From the human T2T-CHM13v2.0 reference genome, Homo sapiens, in NCBI RefSeq assembly GCF_009914755.1, contig NC_060936.1: 64,000 nt of DNA; one strand, given 5' to 3'. This document shows, one piece after another, positions 53,069 through 64,000 of this stretch. Position 1 is the first letter of the stretch; every line of letters begins with the position of its first letter. Made by a program: the position numbers and the translations under genes. The notes beneath the pieces were generated by a model that searched no databases, was not told the origin of the DNA, and saw only the letters and a program-made list of their open reading frames with translations.

Positions 53069-53902
53069 TCTGAACTGTTTTTACAACACCACTTCTGGCA
53101 CCAAATGTGTGCGTTTTCCCTTACACCAACCAATTCTCCACTCTCCAGATACCCACTTGGTATTGTATAATTTGATTCCATTCTGACACTAACTACCCAG
53201 GGTTAGCATAGACCCCACAGATTAAAGGTGCAGTCCCACAAGTCTGGGCCACTTGAACTTCTGATCAACCACTCTAAAGCCAGAGGGGTCCCATAGACCC
53301 CTCCTTGGGTTTGATAATTTGTTAGAATGGCTCCCAGAACGCAAGAAAACACTTTACTTGCTATTACCAGCTTATTAGAAAGGATACAACCCAGGAACGA
53401 TCAAATGGAAGAGATGCACAGGGCAAGGAGTGAGAAGGGTGGGTAGGGAAAGACACAGAGCCTCCATATCCTCTCCAGGCTCATCACCCACCCATCACTA
53501 AGATGTGCTTACCCACCTAGGAGCTTTCCAAACCCTGTCATTTAGGGTTTTTTGTTTTGTTTTGGTTTGGTTTTTTAGCAGAGGTTCCATTATATAGGCA
53601 TGATTGACCCAATCATTGGCCATTGATGATTAAGTCCATCTCCAGTCCCCTCCCCCAGGTCAGTTCTACCTCTAATCACATGGTTGGTTCCTCTGGCAAC
53701 CAGCCCCCATCCAAAAGCTATCTAGGGCCCCAAGAGTCAATCATTAGCATAAATTCAGGTATGGTTAAAAGGGGTTCACTATGAATAAAAAAAGATGTTC
53801 TTTTTACCCCATCACTCAGAGAATTTCAAGGGTTTTAGAAGCTCTTGTGCCAGGACCCAGGGATAAGCAAATACATATTTCTCATTGTATCACAATATCA
53901 CA
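53069..53902 (-). mobile_element. MER21-type LTR (apparently inserted into an older MLT1-like element, about 52860-54025)
   Basis: ttctgacactaactaccc ... gggtttgataatttgttagaatggctc ... catatttctcattgtatcacaatatcaca. Flanks ccagc / tcagc. Confidence 0.88.
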
Positions 53903-54152
53903 TCAGCCTTGCTCAAGTCACATACTTATCCCTTGGCCAGTGGAGGACTGGGCACTGTGATTGACATTGTCACCAAGAACAAGGGGAACTGAGGCTGTGC
54001 TGGAGAAAACGCAGATGTCACAGGAGCACAGAAACACAGGCTTCCAGGCTTCATAATAGGGTGCAGATCAGACTCTGAGAAATCTCAAGTCACATGATAA
54101 CTTTTAACAGCCCAATTCGTAGCTTAGATGTAAATAATTCTTAGCAACCCTC

Positions 54153-54530
54153 TGTTATGGACTGGACTGTATCCCTTAAAATTCATATGTTGAAGGCCTA
54201 ACTTCCAGTGTGACTGTATACAGAGATAGGCCTTTATGGATGTAATTAAGGTTAAATGGGGTCAAAAAAGGTAGTGCCCTAACCTAGTAGGACTGGTGTC
54301 CTTATAAGAAGAGGAAGCAACATCAGGGGTGCACAGAGGAAAGCCCATGTGAGGACACAGTGGGAAGACAGCCATCTGCAAAACAAAAGAGAGGCCCCTG
54401 GAGAAACCAAATCTGCCAGCACCTGGATCTTGGACTTCCAGCTTCCAGAACTCTAAGAAAAATTAATTTGTGATGTTTAAGCCACCCAGTCTGTGATATC
54501 TTGCTATGACAGCTCTAGCAGACTAATATA
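54153..54530 (+). mobile_element. MLT1A0-type MaLR solo LTR
   Basis: tgttatggactg..aaattcatatgttgaag ... ggtgtccttataagaagagga ... ctagcagactaatata. Confidence 0.92.
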
Positions 54531-57399
54531 CCTTTGGGATTTTTTAAAACAAAGTCTAAAGAACTATGTGTCATTTTCTATAAAAATTGAAGAGAAGACA
54601 AGCCTCTTCTGATGCATCACGGACCCCACAGCCATCCAGGTGATCACATAACAAGCCTTGGAGAACTCCTCCAAGAGAACATGTTCAGTTAAGCAACTGT
54701 TCCAATCTTGCTTCCATTTAAACCTCAGCACATTTTATAGACTCAACAAGATGGGCTATTGAACAATTATCACCAAAGTCATTTTCCTCAAAGATGCTAT
54801 CAGCCTGACTAAACCTTTCACAGTCCAAGTGTAAGATACACACTAATTTAATTCTGTTTAGCAAACAAGTACCAAATGCTACTGTTTGCTGAACACTAAA
54901 CCAGCCTCTGATAATGCAGAGAAAAATCAGATTTACTCCCTGACCTCAAGGAATCAGAGAGTAATGGAGAAGACAATGTGAAAAACAAATCTTTAAAATT
55001 CACTGTTATAATATTTATGTAAGGTATAATGGCACCATGTTTTTCAAACTCAAGAGTTATTATTCTACGTGGGCACAAGAAATGATGACAGAGAATATCC
55101 AAATTCATAGGGTAAAAATGGTTCATTATCCTGCAACATCAATTGTATTAGAAAACAAGGGAACTAAAATTATGCTATTTAACTAGTAAAGAATAGTATT
55201 TCTATAATTTAGTCTACATGAAAAATTCAAGTTGGAATGGCAGACCTCAAGAATTACCATCATTCACTCTGTCTTGTACTGGGGCTATTTAGACAGAAAT
55301 TTTTGAAAATCACTAAAAGGGATCCAAAGCCATCATTCACTTCTCCCCTTGATTCTCTCTCCTTACTGATAATATAAAGTGGGTGATTTATTCTTGTAAT
55401 TATTAGTAGTTTGTGCTTTTTAATCTTTGTGGAATTCATGTGTATAATACTCAGTTGTTTTCCTCAGTCAACTTTTTTTACTGTGATTCAATGTCCCTTG
55501 AAATTAAAAAAAAATCCACTTGCCCTACTACAATGTCTCCAAAAGAATATTAAAAATACATATGCAAATGAATATTCAAATCCCATTAAAAATATGCAGA
55601 AGCTCCTTTGCAGAGTTTAGTTGTTAATAGAGAAAAATCCTCTCAATATAAGAGATGTCTGTTTTATTTATAAAAATATATATCTAGGAAGAATCTCACC
55701 CACCAAGATAAAATGAATTTGGATAGCATCTAAATACATCCAGATATCTTCATAGGCCAAAGACAAGTAGAAAATTATTTAAAAGGAAATGACTAACAGA
55801 ATTTACTGTCTGAAGTCCATACTTTTATCACGCTTATAAAACATTTTTTCAAGATATATATTAAACTAGATCAAAATTTGAGTAGTTTCTTCTGGAACAA
55901 AGCACTTACCAAAAATAAGACACCAAGCTGAACAAGGAAAAACTCTTTTTTGAGCTGTTTCTCCCATTGTGCATAATCCCTTGTTGATCTCATGATATTC
56001 TACATTTCTAAGTCTGAAAGTCAGTCAATAGACAGGTATTTATTAAGTACCAGTTGGGTACAGCAGCTGGTGCTGAGAATTGTGGGGAAATAAGAAAAGC
56101 AAAAGAAAACATGGTTCCCCCTGATATGAGGTTTCTTTGCAGGGATAAAACCTACCCTCTGCTGCCTAGTGTCTCTAGAGGCAAAAGTCTTTTAAAACTG
56201 CTTCAGCATCCAATCATATCTTTGACTCTCAACAGAAAGTCAGTTAATGGAGTTTCTGAGAGCCAATCAAGTAACTTAGATAAGTTTACTTAGGTTTACC
56301 TAAGTAAACCAACAGGGCTACAGGTGACATAATCTCAACCTCCAACTTCCTTCCAAAGATAGTTTTATTAACTAACTTAAGGAAAAAGGTATATCATACC
56401 GTTTATATTTTTATAAACTGCACATTATTTATTAAATTAACCAGAAAATTGTTCCAAGTACTTTCCATTGTTCATGGATATAAAACAGCAATGAGAGTAA
56501 CTTCTATCTTTATATTATTTTTATTTGTGATAATTGTTTTCATTTTCATTTGTTATTTCCTCGTCTTAATTTTCTGGCATTATTAACATTGTTTTATTTT
56601 CTACTTTTGAGATTTAGAAATACCAAAGGACATAAACACAAAAGAAAAACAGAAGTTGAAAGTCTGAGACACTCCTTAAAAATGAACACAAAACACTTGG
56701 GTACGTTTGAGCCATATGACATGGGCAATGGAAAACGTTTGCTATGATATGCACCAGTGACCATGAATTGGTTCTTTTTTCAGAAAAAAAATACTGGTAC
56801 AAACCTCCCTTAATAAATTAATATTCCAATCTTTATTGACTCATTTGATGGGAAAAATAAGTTACTGTACAAGGGTTTCTTGGTATTTGTGTGTTGTGTT
56901 GCTTATTTGTTTTGCATAAAAGTGAGATTATAAAGTTGAACCAAGATTTATGACAGTGGCACTAGGGAAGATGAGGAGACTAAGAGAAGAGAAATAAAAA
57001 AAGAGTCATGAATTAAGAAAAGATGTTTATATTTGAGCTAGTGCATTCTTATGACATATGACTTCGTGAAAGATTCTCCTAGGAGGCAAGACATATGAGA
57101 AGAAGGGATATTATAACCTCAAGCTAACAATAAACTGTAATATGGCAACATTCTCTCCTTGAACAACATGGTTCTTCTCACCTATACATAATTTTAAGTC
57201 ATTTTTGCACAATATGAGAAAAAATGCAGTGAATTCCTTTGAAGGTACCCCTACTAACAGACCCACAAATCACAATGGGTCACAGGAGTAGAAGGAACAT
57301 CAAGAATCTCGTTGGGCAAAACTGTGTTTTTTGGCTTTTTTTTTTTGAGAATCCACTCTTTCTCTATAAACATCTACCTCCTCCCTGTTACTTGGATCA

Positions 57400-57545
57400 C
57401 TTGTAGAAATAAGTATCATGGAGCCTGACTTTCTGGATTGAATTCTTGGTTTAGCCAAGATTGCTGCTGAAGATTATTTTGTGAAGACTGAATATGATAT
57501 GATATGCAAAGTATTTAACATATAGTGATGGCTCAATAAATATCA
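57400..57545 (+). mobile_element. MIR fragment
   Basis: tggagcctgactttctggattgaattcttgg ... gatatgcaaagtatttaaca...gctcaataaatatcag. Confidence 0.6.
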
Positions 57546-58009
57546 GGGAGAGACAAGAACAGGTAAGTGGTGGGTAGATAGGGAAGAGAGAGGGAGAGAG
57601 AAAGTTTTCTCTTCTTTCATTATTTAACTTTCACTTTTGAAATAAAAGTTTATATTACACGGAATCCCAAAGGTCTTACCACATGTGTGAAGTCGTAGTT
57701 TAAATTTAGGGAGTTTAATTTAAAAACGCAGAGGTGTTGGGTAATTTACTGATTATAATTGAAAATTCTGTTGAGTAGTAATGCTGTCTGGCAGTCTTTT
57801 TGTTCTTAGATCAAGGCAACCTCATTCTATAGCAGTCAAACATTACAATTTGAAATCAGCATCTTTCATTGTTCTGAGCCATTTATTCTTCAAATCAAAT
57901 TCACTTTTTGGTTAGATAGGATCCTAGTAATAATATTAGGCAAAGTCTCAGTATATGAAAACTGTTAGGAATAAATAATTTGTGTACAATTTAAAGCAAA
58001 AGTATGTAG

Positions 58010-59290
58010 ATAGACTGCTTCCAGCCATTACAGAATGCTACCAGCTACTACCAAATTTGCCTCCTGCTAAAGATAACTCTAAAACTAGACAAAGTGCATA
58101 TATCAACTGTTTAAGACATTGAACAGCAGACAGTGCAGGGCTATTTTCTTTATGAGTAGGAATCTCATTAAGTGGAGACTGGTGGACTCAGTGAGCTGAG
58201 GAAACAATGATTGGAGTTCTAGGTGATCAAAGTGATTGGAGCAGGGTACTGGAAAGAGAAAGCTGTACAGATAAGTCAGGCTCAGAAGGAAGGTGGGGGA
58301 TTCAGAGTGGGTTCTTGGCCAAGGTCTAGATTGTGTAAGGTAAAATGGAAGAGATTGTCTGCGTGGGGCCAAGCCATGATTTTTAAGAAGGTTTTTAAGG
58401 AGACTTCTAGAAGGAGATAACAGAGGTCATGCAAGGCTGGCCCAGCCAGAATAGAATACTTTGCTGAGTTCCTTGTGCAATTCATTCAAACTCTAGAAAG
58501 ATCATGCATTAGGAGTAAGCATCAGACCACAGAATAAGGCCCGCACCCTAGGACTAAGTGTAAAACTAAAATAGACTCAACGTAACAAAAAATAAAACCA
58601 AGCCTAGTTGGACTAAAAGAACCAGCCAGTAATTTAACTGCTTTCCAAACAAAACTCAACACTTTCTAAAGGAAGACATTATAATCCAGACTCCCTAAAT
58701 ATATCAACTTTAATGCCTAGAATAAAATCAAAACTTACTAAATATGTGATTAAGCAGGAAAACATGACTCATAATCAAGAAAAAAATATGCAGTCAATGG
58801 GAACAGACCCCAAGATGACCCAGATGTTGGAATTAGCAGATTAGAACTTTAAAGCAGCTACAGAAATAAATTCAAAGACTTTTTTTTAAAGATGTAAGGA
58901 GTAAGAATATGAAGAATCTTGACAGAAAAATGTAAACTATTTTTTAAACCCAGACAATAATTATAAAAGTAAAAAGTAAAATATCTACAATGAAAATTTT
59001 ACTAGATGCTCCCAAAAGGAAATTGGAGCTTGAAGAAGACAGGGTTAATGAACTTAAAGGCAAATCAATAGAATTTATCTAATCTGAAGGACAGAGATGG
59101 GGGTAGGGGAATTAAAGAGACCCAGTTTTCTGTTAAGCATCATCAGTCAGGTCAGCATACATGTAATTTGAGTCCCAGAAGGAAAAGAGAGAGCAAATGC
59201 GTTAGACAACAAAACATTTTTGAAGAAATCATAGTCTATAATTTCCCAAATGGGTTAAAAAAAATCTATTTACAAATATAAATAGCTCAA
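58010..59290 (+). mobile_element. Ancient L1M (L1ME/L1M4-type) 5'UTR and ORF1 fragment
   Basis: aagcaggaaaacatgactcataatcaagaaa...aacagaccccaagatgacccagatgttggaattagcaga ... catacatgtaatttgagtcccagaagga ... tttgaagaaat. Confidence 0.8.
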
Positions 59291-60364
59291 GTTTTATACT
59301 TGAATATATTTTGGACCTCTTTCTATTTCTGTTCCCACTAAGATTCAATTATTTTTATTTAAATTTTTATTTTTATCTTAGTGTCTAATGCCTTTTTTAC
59401 ACTATGGGTGGTTATAATAGAATAACTTCAGGTTGTTTTAAAACTTTTCTTTGCTGTTATTTCTCAGTAAAGATCTAGAACAAAGCTTTTTTTGTAAAAT
59501 ATAAATTACTATGCAAATACAAAAGATTAGAGTCTCTATGGCATCTATCCCATTTTCCAAATGCAGATACCACCCTACTGTCACTGTGAAATGCAAAGTT
59601 ATTTGAAAGGTTGAGTGTTACCTTCTTCAAGGTATTGCAGTGAGAAATACAACTTTTTTTGTGCCACACATTTTCAGCAAGATGGGGAGGAACAAACTCC
59701 CTCTAGTCTTCTACCATTAATTCATTTCAAGAGATCTCTCTCCCCACCTAAACATAAAATGAGTCGGCAAAATTCTTCTTGTTTTCTCTGCCCCCACCAA
59801 AATAAAACTTACCCATAAGTGTCTTTAAATTTCATGTATAGCTGAAGGCATGCAGAATCTAGTGAATCTTAGAATTGTGAAAACTCTACTTCAATCTTGC
59901 AAAAGCCCTGAAGCAAAAATTTAATTCATTATTATTCAATGGCAAAGCAGACCCCATCTGACCTGAAAACCTGGCTCTGACCGCTATAGACACTGCCTGC
60001 CTCTATAAAAACACTAACATGCATCTTCACTCTAATTATAAAATTTACTTTATTATCAAATTGTTATATATTAAGCTAAGTTCTGATGACTTCTTAAAAA
60101 CCTATCCCACTCAAATATTATTGTGCCATCAAACTTAAAAGAATCCTCTGAAGATATTTAGGCAAAATGAAAGTTCACAAAGCTAGTGAGATCTGAAACT
60201 ATTATTCTGGGCAGAATATATAAACATTCAGATTTATATTATCACCCTCTCAAATTAAAAGACAGGAAAAGGCCTGATGTGTCTGCAGTAGCTTGAGTTC
60301 CTCCATAACAAAGCACATGGGAGGGCGGGAGTACGCTCCAGTGATACAGCATCTCTTAAACTCG

Positions 60365-60580
60365 CCATTGTATGTCTTCATAGCACCATGTTCCTCTCCT
60401 CTATTGCATTTACCACAGTTTCCATTTTACCTTTATTTCTGGTAATATGATGAAGTCTTTCTCAGTTACTAAACTATAAGCTCTGTGCTTGATTTTTCTC
60501 ACCATTGTACCTCCAACATTGAAGCATGGTGCCTGGTACCTGGTAAGCACTCAAGAAATATTTGCAGAATAAATGAATGC
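60365..60580 (+). mobile_element. L2 3' tail
   Basis: ctaaactataagctc ... gcatggtgcctggtacctggtaagcactcaagaaatatttgcagaataaatgaatg. Confidence 0.75.
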
Positions 60581-60771
60581 AGCCCACCCAGCATGTTCTC
60601 CAGAGCTCTTCCTTCATGGAACCCCTCCATAAAGTTCTTGGGGACTCCTCTACTCAGAGATAAAGCTATTCCAGGCCAGTAAACTGTCCAGGGACTACAG
60701 AAGGTAAACAATTTAGAAAGCATTTTCACTGATGTTTTACCTTAAAATACTCAGCATCACTGTGACCCCCA

Positions 60772-61144
60772 TACTATGGTTTGAATGACAGTGTTCCCTC
60801 CAAAAGTCATATTGAAACTTAATCCCCATCATAGTGGTATTAAGAGGTGAAGTCTTTTTGGAAATTGATTGAGAGGACTCTGTCCTCCCGAAATGATTAG
60901 TGCCTTATAAACGGGCTAGAAGGAACTAGCTTAGGCCCTTGTTGCCCTTCCTTCCCTTACACCATGTGAAGATACAGCATTCAAGGTGCCATCTTGGAAG
61001 CAGAGACCAGGGCCCTCAGCAGATACCAAACCTGCCTATGCCTTGATCTTGAATTTCCCAGCCTCCCAAACTGTAACAAGTAAATTTCTATGATTTATAA
61101 ATTACCCAGTCTCTGGTACTTTGTAGCACAAACAGATTAAGACA
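60772..61144 (+). mobile_element. MSTD-like MaLR solo LTR (inside a MIR fragment)
   Basis: tactatggtttgaatg..ccctccaaaa..gaaacttaatcccca ... caaggtgccatcttggaagcagaga ... cagattaagaca. Confidence 0.88.
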
Positions 61145-62090
61145 ACTCATTTTTAGGGATGAGGGTTGAGGCTGAGATTTTAAAGACTGTATCTTCTGAT
61201 ACAGTCACATCTAGAACTCCAGTCTCATATTCCAATTCTTGCGGTCCCAACTTATGGTCCTAATCATCTCTTCATGACACCACAGCCATGGGTCAAGGAA
61301 AAATGATGAGATTAGTGACCAGGGCTGATAGAAGGAGAAGGAATTTTTCTTGTGACAGATCACGAAAATGCAGCCATGAGTGATTGCTGGGTTTGCCCAC
61401 ACGGGTTGTGTTGGGGATGAGAACAACTTAGTATTTCAGATACATAAAAGGGTCTTGAACCTCAGACCAAAGTGTCCCTTTTCTGGCAAAATTTATTTAA
61501 ACTTTTCTACTTACTAACAACTTAGCTTTCAAAGCAGTTACATATGTTCATTTCTTTTTTAACTTTCACAAATTAAAGGAAAACCTTACAATATTCTTCC
61601 TCTTGAGCTCCATCCAACACTATCCAAAACCAGGGCAAAGTACATGAAACTTCATCACGTCTGGCTGAATTTTAAAGATTTCAAAAGCATGTTCCCTGGG
61701 ATTTGTTTGACTATGCACTACCATGCTTCCCTAATACGCTTGTGTAATTATTGTATGAATTATTGATTTTGAAAGATTCATATTCTCTGCAATTTCTCAT
61801 TGATTAGTCCAGGGTTGATTTTATTGAAGGCTAAACAAGGACCTCCAGGAATTGAAGAAGAACAAAAATGAATGCAATTCTGAATTTCATTGTATCTACT
61901 GAACCTTGCATGATAACTTTGCAAGCATTCGTGAGTGAAGCTTCCTAAGTATCAGCACAAAGCTGGGAAGCTTCTGGCAATTTTCAGAAAGATTTTTAAG
62001 TTCCATAATAAAAGTTTATTGAAAGCAGCTCTGATTTTCTTTTCCTGCCCTTTTTTTATGGGCTTGGTTGTTTTGCTAAATTAGGTTTGA

Positions 62091-62258
62091 GGTTTGCTCG
62101 CTTTGTCATAGCACCACATTAATGAGGCCAAAATGTCAGGCTCCATCTCTGTAGTGACAAACCGCGCCCTTAACCTCAGGGAGCTTCTCTGGTTGATGGA
62201 AGCAGAGAGGATATTCGAATTCACACAAATCCATCCCACAATACTGTATAAACAATTT
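62091..62258 (+). mobile_element. MamSINE1-like ancient tRNA-derived SINE
   Basis: ggtttgctc..tt.gtcatagca...taatgaggccaa ... cgcccctaacc ... cacaaatccatc..cacaatactg.a.aaacaa matches my recall of the MamSINE1 head, centre and tail. Confidence 0.65.
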
Positions 62259-63479
62259 TAGGGCCTGAGCAACTGAGATCAACATCACCTTCATTTATAC
62301 AAAATAGCAAATTGTTCCCCTCTGTTATAAAGCAAAACCCCAGAGGAAATTATTAATGTCATAGAAGAAATGAGGTTGCAAAAAAAAAAAAATTAGAAGG
62401 TCCAAAAATGATTAACAGAGAACCACATGATGGTTTAGAAAATGGAAATTTTTAGCAATTTGGATTGAGATGCCCCAGTGATTATTCACATAGATGTGCT
62501 AAACAGTCCAGGCTGCACAATGAGTAATTAAAATCTGATTAATTCTTATCAGGTTAGCAAAGGGTGCTGCTTTTTAGCCCCCAAACAAATTGGCAATGCA
62601 CCTGAACATTAAATTTAATTTGTCATTTTGCACATTTCACTGGTTCTATTGTAATATACTTAGAAGCACATTTGCCACTCTGTTCTCTTCTGACATCGAC
62701 CCTCCCTATACCATGTACATTAGGTAAATACTAAAATGCAGACAGGACAAAGTACTTTTAAAATTCTTTCATTTAAAAACATCACAATCAAATAATTATG
62801 ATTCAAGATATCAACATTGATTCTTGGCAGTTGCTACCAGTAGAAAATAATAAAATGCGGATATACAAATCACTATTTAAACAGCAATAATTTTGATAAT
62901 TAGCAAATATATTGAGGGAAAAATATGGGGAAAAATCTGAAAGGGGAAAAGGGATTTAAATTTAAATAGGATTTCTTTTAATGTTTCCCCCATTATGTAA
63001 AAGTCCATCTTTAATTCATATTATAGTAATTTGTGATGCTGTGTCAAAATAGATATGCAAAAAGGAGATGCATTTGAATTGTAAATATGATCCCTAAGTT
63101 TGAATTTACTATAGTGCCCTAACTGAGTCCTGTATGTGGAATAGGAATTTTGAATCTGTTTTGAATGTCACAGGATTAGCAATCATGCATAGTGTTATCA
63201 TTGTTCATTATCCACCATAACTTTTGAAAAAAACATGAAATGGCATTAATCATTATTTTCTACTACTAATAATATACTTTCAATGCAAATTTCACCATTT
63301 TCCAAATATCTAGAAGGAAATTATTCTCCTTCACCACCCTGGCAAATCACCGCCTCTCCTTTATTCTTGGTTTGCATCTGGGAGCCTTGGTGACTGATGT
63401 TCATTATAACATGCATTGCCCCAAAGGGAAGATTTAGACTTTTAAAGAAAAATTGAACTCTTGACCCTACATTCAAATA

Positions 63480-63670
63480 CCTAGAATCATAAAAACATTG
63501 GGCCCCAAGAGAGCTTAGAATCATTTAATCCAGTCCCTCATTTGTCAGATAGGGAAATAAAAGTTCATTTGGTAAATTGACTTGCCCAAGGTCACCCAGC
63601 CCGTTAAGGGCATATGGGGAAATGGAAACCAGAGCTCCTGACTTCAGGTCGAATATTCACTCCCATGCAT
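63480..63670 (-). mobile_element. MIR
   Basis: ccctcatttgtcagatagggaaa ... gacttgcccaaggtcacccagc ... ctcctgacttc. Confidence 0.8.
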
Positions 63671-63712
63671 AGAATGAGCAGCACAACATTACCCTTAGAA
63701 ATGAAGGCTTTG

Positions 63713-63958
63713 GGCCAGGCACCATGGTTCACTCTATAATCCCAGCACTTTGGGAGGCCAAGGTGGCCAGGTGTGGTGGTACACACCTGTAGTCCAGCTA
63801 CTTGGGAGGCTGCGATGAGAGGATTACCTTTGCCTGGGAAGGTCGAGGCTACAGTGAGCTGTGATAGCGTTACTGCACTCCAGCCTGGGAAACACAGTGA
63901 GATCCCGTCTCAAAAAAAAAAAAAGAAAGAAAGAAAGAAAACAAAAGAAAGAAAGAAA
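63713..63958 (+). mobile_element. AluJ with an internal deletion and an (A/GAAA)n tail
   Basis: Left arm stops at gggaggccaaggtgg and jumps to right arm ccaggtgtggtgg...aggtcgaggctacagtgagctgtgat. Confidence 0.9.
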
Positions 63959-64000
63959 CAAGGGATTTGGGCTTTGGGATCAAGAAGACCTGGGTTTGGC

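Noticed and set aside
57560-57568. Perfect donor CAG|GTAAGT (also AAG|GTGAGT at 34071-79)
   Set aside because: No credible upstream acceptor or exon; both sit just after MIR/L2 tails. Isolated consensus donors are expected in 64 kb.

Overview
AT-rich, CpG-depleted primate (human-like) genomic DNA that looks intronic or intergenic. I cannot support any protein-coding exon, intact RNA gene, CpG island or CRISPR-like array. The ORF-track peptides are repeat-derived (Alu, MaLR, L2, Tigger1) or look like chance ORFs. A large share of the window is interspersed repeat: about 10 Alus, many MIR/L2 fragments, an L3/CR1 fossil, about 20 LTRs or LTR fragments (THE1, MST, MLT1, MER21, MER67, MER77, LTR33/41/78-like), a near full-length Tigger1, hAT-Charlie elements, L1 pieces and a probable MamSINE1. 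Repeat-free, homeobox-motif-rich stretches between them are candidate enhancers. Subfamily names come from my recall of consensus sequences, not from a RepeatMasker run. I found no convincing new biological system. The most unusual signals are fossil rearrangement or retroposition events: (1) an Alu carrying a locally templated, inverted 175-bp copy of the neighbouring Tigger1, with fold-back and slippage junctions (20201-20707); (2) a TSD-flanked, poly(A)-tailed insert made mostly of unrecognised non-L1 sequence (28780-29185); (3) a tailless 5'-half tRNA-Lys(CTT) retropseudogene (41891-41928); (4) a THE1 that lacks its 5' LTR yet has a perfect TSD (23195-23966). Also notable are a candidate 19-nt microexon with a strong acceptor (15876-15926) and a slippage-made DR2+DR1 nuclear-receptor element inside an MST LTR.
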